NCBI GenBank assembly: GCA_963719515.1
Contig: CAVRCJ010000014.1
Location: forward strand, 192,001-256,000
DNA: 64,000 bases
Source of the DNA: an uncultured cyanobacterium
GTDB lineage: Bacteria; Cyanobacteriota; Cyanobacteriia; CAKZMO01
Direction of reading: 5' to 3'
The stretch's first letter is position 1, and every line of letters begins with the position of its first letter. Below the pieces are notes generated by a model, which was not told where the DNA came from, did not search any database, and saw only the letters and a list, made by a program, of their open reading frames with translations. A program made the position numbers and the translations under genes. Shown here one piece after another: positions 55,981 to 64,000 of the stretch.

Positions 55981-56004
55981 AGCGCGGGGCTTCCTGTCTA
56001 GTAG

Positions 56005-56547
56005 CTAACCTTGAGCCTCGGCCTGAGGTGAGGAGGACGGCACCACGTAGAGTACGCCCGAGATGACCGTGAGGGCAACAGCCGCCCAAAAGGTGACCAC
56101 CGCGATGGTCTGCCCTGCGGGGGGTAGCGGGGCCAAGAGGAGGGCGATCGCCCCAATCTGGCTCACCGTTTTCAGCTTGCCCCAAATGTTGGCTCCGCTG
56201 ATTTTGGTGCGGTTGACCCGCCAGCCGGCGATGGTCAGCTCCCGCGCTAAGATAACGCTGACGCCCCAAGCTGGGACGCTGCCCATTTCAATCAGCGCCA
56301 AGAGGACACAGAGCACTAGCAGCTTATCGACTAGGGGATCAAGGAACTTGCCCAGATCGGTGACCTGGTTCATGCGGCGTGCGAGGTAGCCATCTAGCCA
56401 ATCGGTTGCCGCCACGATTAAGAAAATTGCGACGCTCCACCAGCGCGCGGTTGGAGTCGGGTGCAGCAGCAGCACCAAGATAATTGGGATACCGAACAGC
56501 CGCGAGATTGTAATCCAGCTGGCTAGCGTGATGGCCGGAGCAGTCAT
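56005..56547 (-). CDS. pgsA: CDP-diacylglycerol--glycerol-3-phosphate 3-phosphatidyltransferase
   Basis: TDWLDGYLARRMNQVTDLGKFLDPLVDK and GKLKTVSQ motifs. Confidence 0.95.
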   Translation of the reverse strand: MTAPAITLASWITISRLFGIPIILVLLLHPTPTARWWSVAIFLIVAATDWLDGYLARRMNQVTDLGKFLDPLVDKLLVLCVLLALIEMGSVPAWGVSVILARELTIAGWRVNRTKISGANIWGKLKTVSQIGAIALLLAPLPPAGQTIAVVTFWAAVALTVISGVLYVVPSSSPQAEAQG

Positions 56548-56654
56548 AGGTCTTGTTGGGTGAAGAGGATCACCCTATTGTCCAGCAAGCGCTGCAGGAT
56601 GAAACCTACTACAGGTTAGACATTTTGCCTCGCCGTCAGCGCGCCGCTGGTCTA

Positions 56655-57338
56655 CTAATACGCGCCGTCGACTCTCACCACAGCCCCAATTGTCTTCCAC
56701 AAGATGTGGAGGTCATACCAGAGCGACCATTTCTCCTGGTAGGCCAGATCTAACTTGACAATGTCCTCGAAGTCTTCGACGCGCGATCGTCCGCTGACCT
56801 GCCACTCTCCGGTAATGCCCGGTTTCACCTGGAGACGCTGCCAGTGGTGAGGCTCGTATTGGCAGACTTCATCTGGCGTGGGGGGACGGGTGCCCACCAA
56901 ACTCATCTCTCCCTTCAGCACGTTCCAGAGCTGAGGCAGCTCATCTAGGCTCGTCTTACGGATGAAGCGGCCCACCCTAGTGACGCGGGGATCGCGATCG
57001 TTTTTGAAGATGAAGCCTTTGGCCTGGTTGAGAACCTGGTGTTTGAGCTGGTCTGCATCAACGACCATGGAGCGAAACTTTCCCATCAAAAACGGCTTGC
57101 CGTTGAGACCACATCGAGTCTGCCAGTAAAACACCGGTCCAGGGTCGTCAAACTGGATGGCTACGGCAACGATTAGCCCGATGGGCAAAGCGATCGCCAG
57201 ACCCACTAGCGCTCCTACCACATCAATCAGCCGCTTTACTTTGCTGGTAATGGAGGGATGGGCCGGGGCTAGAAGCGCCATATCAGCCCTATGGTGGGAT
57301 GTGCAAACGGAACCATCAGAACTAGAGCTAGTAACCAC
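56655..57338 (-). CDS. Stand-alone bacterial sugar transferase (priming glycosyltransferase)
   Basis: KRLIDV, KFRSM, DPRVTRVGRFIRKTSLDELPQ and VKPGITG motifs. Start uncertain. Confidence 0.9.
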   Translation of the reverse strand: MVTSSSSDGSVCTSHHRADMALLAPAHPSITSKVKRLIDVVGALVGLAIALPIGLIVAVAIQFDDPGPVFYWQTRCGLNGKPFLMGKFRSMVVDADQLKHQVLNQAKGFIFKNDRDPRVTRVGRFIRKTSLDELPQLWNVLKGEMSLVGTRPPTPDEVCQYEPHHWQRLQVKPGITGEWQVSGRSRVEDFEDIVKLDLAYQEKWSLWYDLHILWKTIGAVVRVDGAY

Positions 57339-57569
57339 GACTTAACCTCTGATAGATCAAATGCCGCCAACTCTATGCGGTAGCATTGGCTGCTCACCTA
57401 TCCAAGAATATACGGAGCTACTATGGAAGTGAAAAGGCCGATGGCGCTCCCTTTATCTAATCTTTAGCCCTTCTATGCCGCAGATGAACGTGGGAAAAAC
57501 TTCAGTTTTACAGCAGTTTCTCGCGGGTTACGACTCCCTGCGCGATCGCTGTATCTGTATTAAAAAGCA

Positions 57570-57959
57570 CTAGGCTGCGCAGATTTGGAGCGAGAGGCGA
57601 CCTAGAAGCTGCGCGATCGCATCAACGCTAAAGGGTTTGATGAGGTACTCATCGACTCCGGCATGGTATGCCGCTTTTCGCCTGCTGACATCGTCATAGG
57701 CCGTCATCATAACAACGGGAGTTAGGGTCTGCTGTGCCCGCAGCCGCTGGCAGATTTCTAGTCCCGAAAGCTGAGGCAGATTCCAGTCGAGAACCACCAG
57801 ATCGAACCACTGCGTCATCAGAGCGTTTAGACCCTCCGGACCGCTGTGGGCTATGGTGACATCGTATCCCGCATCTTGAAGCTCTAGAGAAAGGCACTGT
57901 GCCAGTCGGAGTTCGTCTTCAATCACTAGGACGCAGGGTCTTGCTGTGCGCATCTGCAT
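57570..57959 (-). CDS. Single-domain response regulator (OmpR-like receiver)
   Basis: VLVIEDE, DLVVLDWNLP, MMTA and YLIKPF motifs; GAGGAG RBS; no output domain. Confidence 0.85.
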   Translation of the reverse strand: MQMRTARPCVLVIEDELRLAQCLSLELQDAGYDVTIAHSGPEGLNALMTQWFDLVVLDWNLPQLSGLEICQRLRAQQTLTPVVMMTAYDDVSRRKAAYHAGVDEYLIKPFSVDAIAQLLGRLSLQICAA

Positions 57960-58177
57960 GGACGGTCTCCTCAACTGTTTCTATGTTGACTGGCTAAGCT
58001 GAATCTCTTCCCTCAGCGCGCTGAGAAGACCCTAAGAATTATGCGACAGGTAAAAAGCGACGGGCGGGAGCCGTGGGCACCGATCCGCAAACTGGCCGTA
58101 TTGCTTGGGCAAGCGTCAAACAGATATTGATACAGTCAGTGAAGACTCCCCCACGCCACTTTCCCTGAACTAAGCTT

Positions 58178-59584
58178 ATGACTGCTGCTGATCTGACCAA
58201 ACTGACAGCTCTAGAACAGGCTCAACTCATTCGTACCCGGCAGCTCTCCCCGGTAACGCTCACGCAGCACTACCTCAAGCGAATTGAGCACATCGATCCT
58301 CAGTTGAACAGCTATGTAACGGTCACAGAAGAGTCTGCTCTTGAGCAGGCGCAGTCAGCGGCAGCCCGTCTCAGCAGCCCCTCCGGCGATCTGCCCCCCT
58401 TTTTTGGCGTTCCCATCGCGATCAAAGACCTATCCCCAGTCGAGGGAGTCCGGTTTACTTTGGGCTGCGCGGCGCTCAAGGACAACGTCGCAGCCTTCGA
58501 TAGCGCTATTGTGGCCCACCTCAAGCGGGCCGGTTTCGTCCTCCTCGGCAAAACCGCAACCCCAGAACTGGGGACGCTCCCCTACACCGAACCCCCCGGC
58601 TTCCCCCCCACGCGTAACCCTTGGAACCCAGGCTATACGCCGGGAGGTTCGAGCGGCGGGGCCGCAGCGGCGGTTGCGGCAGGGCTAGCTCCCATCGCTC
58701 AGGGATCTGATGGGGGAGGGTCAATTCGAGGACCGGCACATTGCTGCGGGCTAGTGGGTATCAAGCCCGCTAGAGGGAGAGTTTCCGCTGCGCCCTTGGG
58801 CTATACCCCCGGCAGTATTGCCACAGGAGGACCGCTGGCCCGGACGGTGGCGGATGCTGCTGCATTTTTGGATGTCGTCGAAGGCTACGTCCCTGGCGAT
58901 CCCTATTGGCTGCCCTCTCCCCAGCCCTCATTCGAAGCGATCGCCCGCCAGGGCGCTCAGGGCGACGTTGTGCCTAAGCGGGTGGGTCTGCTGACAGAGT
59001 TTAAGGCGATTAGGCCCACCCACCCCGACTGCTTAAAGCCCGTCCTGGAAACGGCGCGCCGCCTAGAGGCCCTGGGCCATACTGTGGAGCCCATCGACGC
59101 CGAGCTGAACTGCGGCGACCTCATAGACCCGTTTACGGTGGTGTTTCGCTCTGGCATTGGCGCGGCGGGTATTCCGGCTGAAGCGCTGAGCCCTATGAAT
59201 CAGTGGTTTCTCAATCATCAAGACTTAGCGGGGGAATTCCTCAGCGCACTGTGGAAAATGCAGGGGGTTGCGCGGCGGCTGGTGCAGCAGCTCAGTCCAT
59301 TTGATGTGGTGCTCTTGCCCACGTACCTGCATCCGACGATTCGGGTGGGGGAATGGGCCGCGCTAGAGCCCGAAGCCGTTCTGGCTAAGGTGTTGGAGTG
59401 GATTTTTCCCTGTCCGCTGTTCAACGCCACGGGGCAGCCGGTGGTGTCCTTGCCGGTGAGCCTTGATGGCAATGGGCTTCCTGTCGGGGTACAGCTCGTG
59501 GGGCGCCCAGCGGATGAGGCCACGCTGATTGCGATCGCAGCCCAGCTAGAAGCGGCACATCCTTGGACCCATATGGCTCTGTAG
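58178..59584 (+). CDS. Amidase-signature family enzyme
   Basis: GVPIAIKD, PGGSSGGAAAAVA and GSDGGGSIRGPA motifs. Confidence 0.92.
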   Translation: MTAADLTKLTALEQAQLIRTRQLSPVTLTQHYLKRIEHIDPQLNSYVTVTEESALEQAQSAAARLSSPSGDLPPFFGVPIAIKDLSPVEGVRFTLGCAALKDNVAAFDSAIVAHLKRAGFVLLGKTATPELGTLPYTEPPGFPPTRNPWNPGYTPGGSSGGAAAAVAAGLAPIAQGSDGGGSIRGPAHCCGLVGIKPARGRVSAAPLGYTPGSIATGGPLARTVADAAAFLDVVEGYVPGDPYWLPSPQPSFEAIARQGAQGDVVPKRVGLLTEFKAIRPTHPDCLKPVLETARRLEALGHTVEPIDAELNCGDLIDPFTVVFRSGIGAAGIPAEALSPMNQWFLNHQDLAGEFLSALWKMQGVARRLVQQLSPFDVVLLPTYLHPTIRVGEWAALEPEAVLAKVLEWIFPCPLFNATGQPVVSLPVSLDGNGLPVGVQLVGRPADEATLIAIAAQLEAAHPWTHMAL

Positions 59585-59821
59585 TTCAGGCTCTATGGGC
59601 TCAAGCGAGACGAGGGCCATGACCCGCATCTTGCTGCCGTCTGCTGGGCCACTGTGACGATTATCACGGCCTACAGGGACTAAGGGCACAAACCTGCATC
59701 CGAAATCTTGCGGATGATAGGTGAAGCTATAGATATCACCTGAGCCGGAAGGATTCCAAAAAAGCCCCCAAATGGAAGCCAACTGTCAGCTGATATCTCG
59801 AGTACCCCTTAGGCAAGTGTC

Positions 59822-59852
59822 CAGCCCCCCGATGTCAGACATCTGGGGGCTG
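59822..59852. terminator. Hairpin downstream of carB
   Basis: CAGCCCCC-GATGTC/GACATC-GGGGGCTG inverted repeat. Confidence 0.6.
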
Positions 59853-59856
59853 TTTC

Positions 59857-62800
59857 TTACCCAAAAGACGAGCCAATGTAATCCTGAATAGCCTTAACGC
59901 TCAGCAGCTGGGACTGCAAAGAGCGAATCGCCGCTGTCGCGGCCTTCCCCCCCGCGATGGTGGTGATGGTGGGAATTTTGTAGACCAGTGCCGTTCGCCG
60001 AATCAGGCGATCGTCTACCTGCGCCCGCTCCCCAATCGGCGTGTTGAGCACTAGCTGAATCGCGCCGTTTTTCATCTCATCTACGATATTGGGGCGGCCC
60101 TCATGCACCTTGAGCACGGGGTCAACAGCCAGATTGTTCTCCTGAAGCACAGCTTGGGTTCCCGCCGTGGCCACGATGGTGAAGCCGAGATCGATCAAGT
60201 CTTTGACCACCGGCACCACTGCCTGCTTGTTGCGATCGTTCATAGAGACAAACACGGTGCCCTTTAGGGGCAGCTTTTGAGAGGCAGCCAGTTCTGCTTT
60301 GGCAAAGGCCGTCCCAAACTCGGTATCTATTCCCATCACTTCCCCGGTGGAGCGCATTTCAGGCCCCAGCAGGGTATCTGTACCCGCAAACTTCTCAAAG
60401 GGGAATACGGCCTCTTTGACGGCCACATGATTAGGAATCACCTCTTGGGTGAAATTCAACTCCTGTAGGGACTGGCCTGCCATAGCGCGGACCGCCATCT
60501 TCGCCAGAGGAACACCGATCGCCTTAGAGACGAAGGGTACCGTGCGAGAAGCTCGGGGGTTGGCCTCTAGGATATAGACGCTGCTCCCCTGAACCGCAAA
60601 TTGGATATTCATCAGGCCCACCACGTTCAGCGCTTGGGCAAGCTGGATAGTCCAGGCGCGGATGGTGTCTAGCGCCTCGCGGGGCAGGGAGATGGTAGGG
60701 ATGGAGCAGGCCGAATCGCCCGAGTGGATGCCCGCTTGCTCGATGTGCTCCATGATGCCGCCGATGACAACCTGGCCCGTTTGATCGGCGATCGCGTCCA
60801 CATCTACCTCGATAGCGTTGGCCAAAAACTTGTCGATCAAGATGGGGTGGTCAGGCTCGATCTGTACCGCATAGGTCATGTAGCGCTCTAGATCCGCGTC
60901 GGAGTAGACGATTTCCATAGCCCGTCCCCCCAGCACGTAGCTGGGCCGCACCATCACCGGGTAGTCGATTTGGCGAGCAACCTTTTGGGCCTCCTCGGTG
61001 CTGCGAGCAATGCCGTTGGGAGGCTGCTTGATGTCCAGCTTGCGCAAGATCTGCTCAAACCGCTCCCGATCCTCCGCCATGTCAATAGAGTCGGGACTAG
61101 TGCCCCAAATCTTAGTGTTTTTAGGGGCCTGCTCGGTCTCTAGATAGCGCTGCAGCGACATCGCCAGCTTCAAGGGCGTTTGCCCCCCAAACTGGATGAT
61201 GATGCCCTCGGGCTGCTCCGCCTCAATAATATTGAGCACGTCTTCCTGGGTGAGCGGCTCAAAGTAGAGGCGATCGCTGGTGTCGTAGTCGGTGGAGACC
61301 GTCTCCGGGTTGGAATTAACCATGATCGTCTCCATGTCGTCCTCTCGTAGGGCGTAGGAGGCGTGGCAGCAGCAGTAGTCAAACTCGATGCCCTGGCCAA
61401 TGCGGTTGGGGCCGCCGCCCAAAATCATCACCTTGCGGCGGCTGGAGGCCAAGACCTCGGTTTCGGTGACGGCGATGATTTCTTCATCTGGATCGCCCAC
61501 CTGTTCTACGGGTCGCTCGTAGGTGGAGTAGTAGTAAGGAGTCAGGGCCTCAAATTCTGCGGCGCAGGTGTCTACGGTTTTGTAGACGGGCGTCACGCCC
61601 AGCTGCTGCCGGGTGGCTCGCACCGTCAGCTCGTCGATCTTAGTGGCGTAGGCAATCTGGCGATCGCTAAAGCCCAGCTGCTTCACCATCAGCATTTGGT
61701 CCGCCGTGATGTTATTCAGGGGCGTGCGCTTCAGCAGCTTCTCGGCGTCCAAAAGCTCCTTGAGCTTGCCCAAAAACCAGGGATCAATGGCCGTCAGCTC
61801 GTAGATTTCCTCAATGTCCATTCCCATCTGCAGGGCGTGGCGCACGGCGAAGATGCGGTCTGGGCTAGGGGTTCGCAGCCGAGAGCGAATCTGGGCGAGG
61901 TTGGGTAACTTCTCATCGCGATCGCAGCCCCAGCCCGCCCGGCCCGTCTCCAGAGAGCGCATCGCTTTTTGAAACGATTCCTGAAAGGTGCGGCCAATGG
62001 CCATGGCCTCGCCCACCGACTTCATTTGGGTGGTGAGGATTTCTTGAGTCCCTGGGAACTTCTCGAAGGCGAAGCGGGGAATTTTGGTGACCACGTAGTC
62101 GATGGTGGGCTCAAAGCTGGCCGGAGTCTTCTTGGTGATGTCGTTAGGAATTTCATCTAGGGTGTAGCCCACCGCCAGCTTGGCGGCAAATTTAGCAATA
62201 GGAAACCCGGTGGCCTTAGAGGCCAAAGCCGAGCTGCGGGATACCCTGGGGTTCATCTCAATGACCACCACCTCCCCCGTGTCGGGGTTGACGGCAAACT
62301 GAATGTTAGACCCACCGGTCTCAACGCCAATCTCTCGAATGATGCGAATAGAGGCATCCCGCAGCCGCTGGTATTCTTTGTCGGTGAGGGTTTGGGCGGG
62401 AGCTACCGTAATTGAGTCCCCGGTGTGAATGCCCATGGGATCCAAGTTCTCAATGGAGCAGATGATCACCACATTGTCGGCCAAATCCCGCATCACCTCC
62501 AGCTCGTACTCTTTCCACCCTAGCAGCGACTGCTCGACTAGAATCTGCGACATTGGGCTGGCGTCGAGACCCGACTGAGAGATCTCCTCAAACTCCTCCT
62601 GGTTATAGGCAATGCCGCCCCCCGAGCCCCCCATCGTAAAAGCAGGACGGATAATCAGGGGATAGCTCCCAATACGAGCGCCAATTTCTCGCGCCTCCTG
62701 CATGGTGTGAGCCAACCCCGACGGGCACACCCCAACGCCAATGCGCTCCATAGCCTCTTTAAAAAGCTTGCGGTCCTCCGCCATCTCAATGGCGTCTAGC

Positions 62801-63156
62801 TTTGCTCCAATCAGCTCTACGCCATGCTTCTCTAGCACGCCCGTTTTAGCCAGGGTCACCGCTAGGTTGAGAGCGGTCTGTCCTCCCATGGTCGGCAGCA
62901 GCGCGTCGGGCTTTTCCGCCTCGATGACCTTCTCTACGATCTCCGGCGTCAGCGGCTCGATGTAGGTGCGATTGGCGGTCTCCGGATCCGTCATGATGGT
63001 TGCGGGATTGGAGTTGACCAGCACGACTTCAAAGCCTTCTTCCCGCAGCGCCTTGCAGGCCTGAGTGCCCGAATAGTCGAACTCACAGGCCTGTCCGATG
63101 ACGATAGGTCCAGAGCCGATGAGTAGAATTTTGTGAATGTCAGTGCGACGCGGCAT
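59857..63156 (-). CDS. carB: Carbamoyl-phosphate synthase large subunit
   Basis: [30 protein letters not shown]; duplicated ATP-grasp halves; MGS domain. Confidence 0.99.
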   Translation of the reverse strand: MPRRTDIHKILLIGSGPIVIGQACEFDYSGTQACKALREEGFEVVLVNSNPATIMTDPETANRTYIEPLTPEIVEKVIEAEKPDALLPTMGGQTALNLAVTLAKTGVLEKHGVELIGAKLDAIEMAEDRKLFKEAMERIGVGVCPSGLAHTMQEAREIGARIGSYPLIIRPAFTMGGSGGGIAYNQEEFEEISQSGLDASPMSQILVEQSLLGWKEYELEVMRDLADNVVIICSIENLDPMGIHTGDSITVAPAQTLTDKEYQRLRDASIRIIREIGVETGGSNIQFAVNPDTGEVVVIEMNPRVSRSSALASKATGFPIAKFAAKLAVGYTLDEIPNDITKKTPASFEPTIDYVVTKIPRFAFEKFPGTQEILTTQMKSVGEAMAIGRTFQESFQKAMRSLETGRAGWGCDRDEKLPNLAQIRSRLRTPSPDRIFAVRHALQMGMDIEEIYELTAIDPWFLGKLKELLDAEKLLKRTPLNNITADQMLMVKQLGFSDRQIAYATKIDELTVRATRQQLGVTPVYKTVDTCAAEFEALTPYYYSTYERPVEQVGDPDEEIIAVTETEVLASSRRKVMILGGGPNRIGQGIEFDYCCCHASYALREDDMETIMVNSNPETVSTDYDTSDRLYFEPLTQEDVLNIIEAEQPEGIIIQFGGQTPLKLAMSLQRYLETEQAPKNTKIWGTSPDSIDMAEDRERFEQILRKLDIKQPPNGIARSTEEAQKVARQIDYPVMVRPSYVLGGRAMEIVYSDADLERYMTYAVQIEPDHPILIDKFLANAIEVDVDAIADQTGQVVIGGIMEHIEQAGIHSGDSACSIPTISLPREALDTIRAWTIQLAQALNVVGLMNIQFAVQGSSVYILEANPRASRTVPFVSKAIGVPLAKMAVRAMAGQSLQELNFTQEVIPNHVAVKEAVFPFEKFAGTDTLLGPEMRSTGEVMGIDTEFGTAFAKAELAASQKLPLKGTVFVSMNDRNKQAVVPVVKDLIDLGFTIVATAGTQAVLQENNLAVDPVLKVHEGRPNIVDEMKNGAIQLVLNTPIGERAQVDDRLIRRTALVYKIPTITTIAGGKAATAAIRSLQSQLLSVKAIQDYIGSSFG

Positions 63157-63448
63157 AGACGTATCTCGTGAGTAGCCTTTGAAAGTCGCCCTTATTGTAG
63201 AGGGTTTCTTCCCCCAGATTGCATCTAAATCGCGCCCAGATCGCGGCGATGCCCCTAAATCCCAACATTCGTTGACCTAGAGATGTCCAAGAGAAAGCTC
63301 GCAAAAGTAATGAAAACAAATGCCGTTAGCCCAACACAGAGCGACAGATTCAGATTGCTCACACTTGACAGTCAAATTCAGCTTGCGTAAACAGCATCAC
63401 ACCAGTATTGACTAGAAATCAGGCTTGCTGACTGAAGCGCTGCGTTTG

Positions 63449-63477
63449 TTGACAACGATTATCAACTTGTCTATAGT
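63449..63477 (+). promoter_or_regulatory. sigma70 promoter with an overlapping Fur box
   Basis: TTGACA-17 bp-TATAGT; TGACAACGATTATCA (63450-63464) matches the 7-1-7 Fur consensus TGATAATnATTATCA at 12/14 positions. Confidence 0.8.
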
Positions 63478-63598
63478 CGAAATCGTTGGGCTAGTTGGCA
63501 AAAATTTTCAATAAGCTTTGATGAGCTCTAGCCCGGTAGCAAGAATACGACTGCAGTATTTCTTTCAGTAGTTTCAGTAAAAGGAGTAACGGCGAGTA

Positions 63599-64000
63599 AT
63601 GATTACCAAGCGTTATGCGATCGCAGCAGCTGTACTAGCGGCCACCGTAGCCAGCTGTACAAGCTCTTCAGCCCCCCCCACCGGTTCGCCCTCCGCTGAG
63701 GGGAGTGGCGATGGCGTCGTCAACGTCTATTCTTCACGTCACTATGACACCGACGACCAAGTCTACGACAGCTTCACCGAGGAGACAGGCATCGAGGTCA
63801 ACCTCATTGAGGGTGATGCCGATGAGCTAATCAGCCGCCTAGAAAGTGAGGGGAGCAATAGCCCTGGGGACGTTTTCATCACCGTTGATGCCAGCCGACT
63901 CTGGCGAGCTGAAGAGGCGGGTCTATTCCAGCCCACTAGCTCCGAGACCCTAGAAGACTCTATCCCCGAAGCTTTGCAGCACCCGGATGGCCTCTGGTTT
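63599..64000 (+). CDS. futA: Fe(III) ABC transporter substrate-binding protein (5' part)
   Basis: Not in the ORF track. Reads MITKRYAIAAAVLAATVASC (lipobox)...VVNVYSSRHYDTD...SPGDVFITVDASRLWRA; AAGGAG upstream. Confidence 0.92.
   Translation, partial: MITKRYAIAAAVLAATVASCTSSSAPPTGSPSAEGSGDGVVNVYSSRHYDTDDQVYDSFTEETGIEVNLIEGDADELISRLESEGSNSPGDVFITVDASRLWRAEEAGLFQPTSSETLEDSIPEALQHPDGLWF

Larger units (their letters stand above)
54522..55997 (-). mobile_element. Non-autonomous IS200/IS605-family element (tnpB plus small RHH gene, no tnpA)
   Basis: Related subterminal hairpins in the same orientation: CCCGACGCT..AGCGCGGGCTTCC at about 54532-54567 and CCCGACGCT..AGCGCGGGGCTTCC at about 55957-55994. 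The right end finishes GATGTCAC on minus. The left boundary is uncertain by a few bp. Confidence 0.85.

Noticed and set aside
59546..59782. 78-aa minus-strand ORF between the amidase and carB
   Set aside because: No recognisable motif or RBS, and it overlaps the amidase 3' end.

Overview
Chromosomal window from a GC-rich, probably halotolerant cyanobacterium (the HIP1 octamer GCGATCGC recurs throughout; ndhO, futA and a cyanobacterial-type rRNA operon are present). Left to right: a glucosylglycerol locus (glpK, gghA, ggpS, glpD, gpsA); pyrG and glyQ; a full rrn operon (16S-tRNA-Ile-tRNA-Ala-23S-5S); rnc and an adenylate/guanylate cyclase; an accessory block at about 25-37 kb; fcl and thrC; exopolysaccharide genes; ndhO, a J-domain protein and FHA-PBP1A; a TnpA-less IS200/IS605 TnpB element; pgsA, an amidase, carB and the 5' end of futA with a Fur-box promoter. 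The accessory block holds an RTX-like protein and an NHLP-type peptide export cluster. That cluster surrounds a 72-aa double-glycine precursor whose core is three 16-aa repeats, and no modifying enzyme is visible; this is the best candidate for an undescribed system. Next to it, two 5'-truncated genes are joined head-to-head at a single HIP1 site. All family assignments come from motif recognition by eye; no database search was run.
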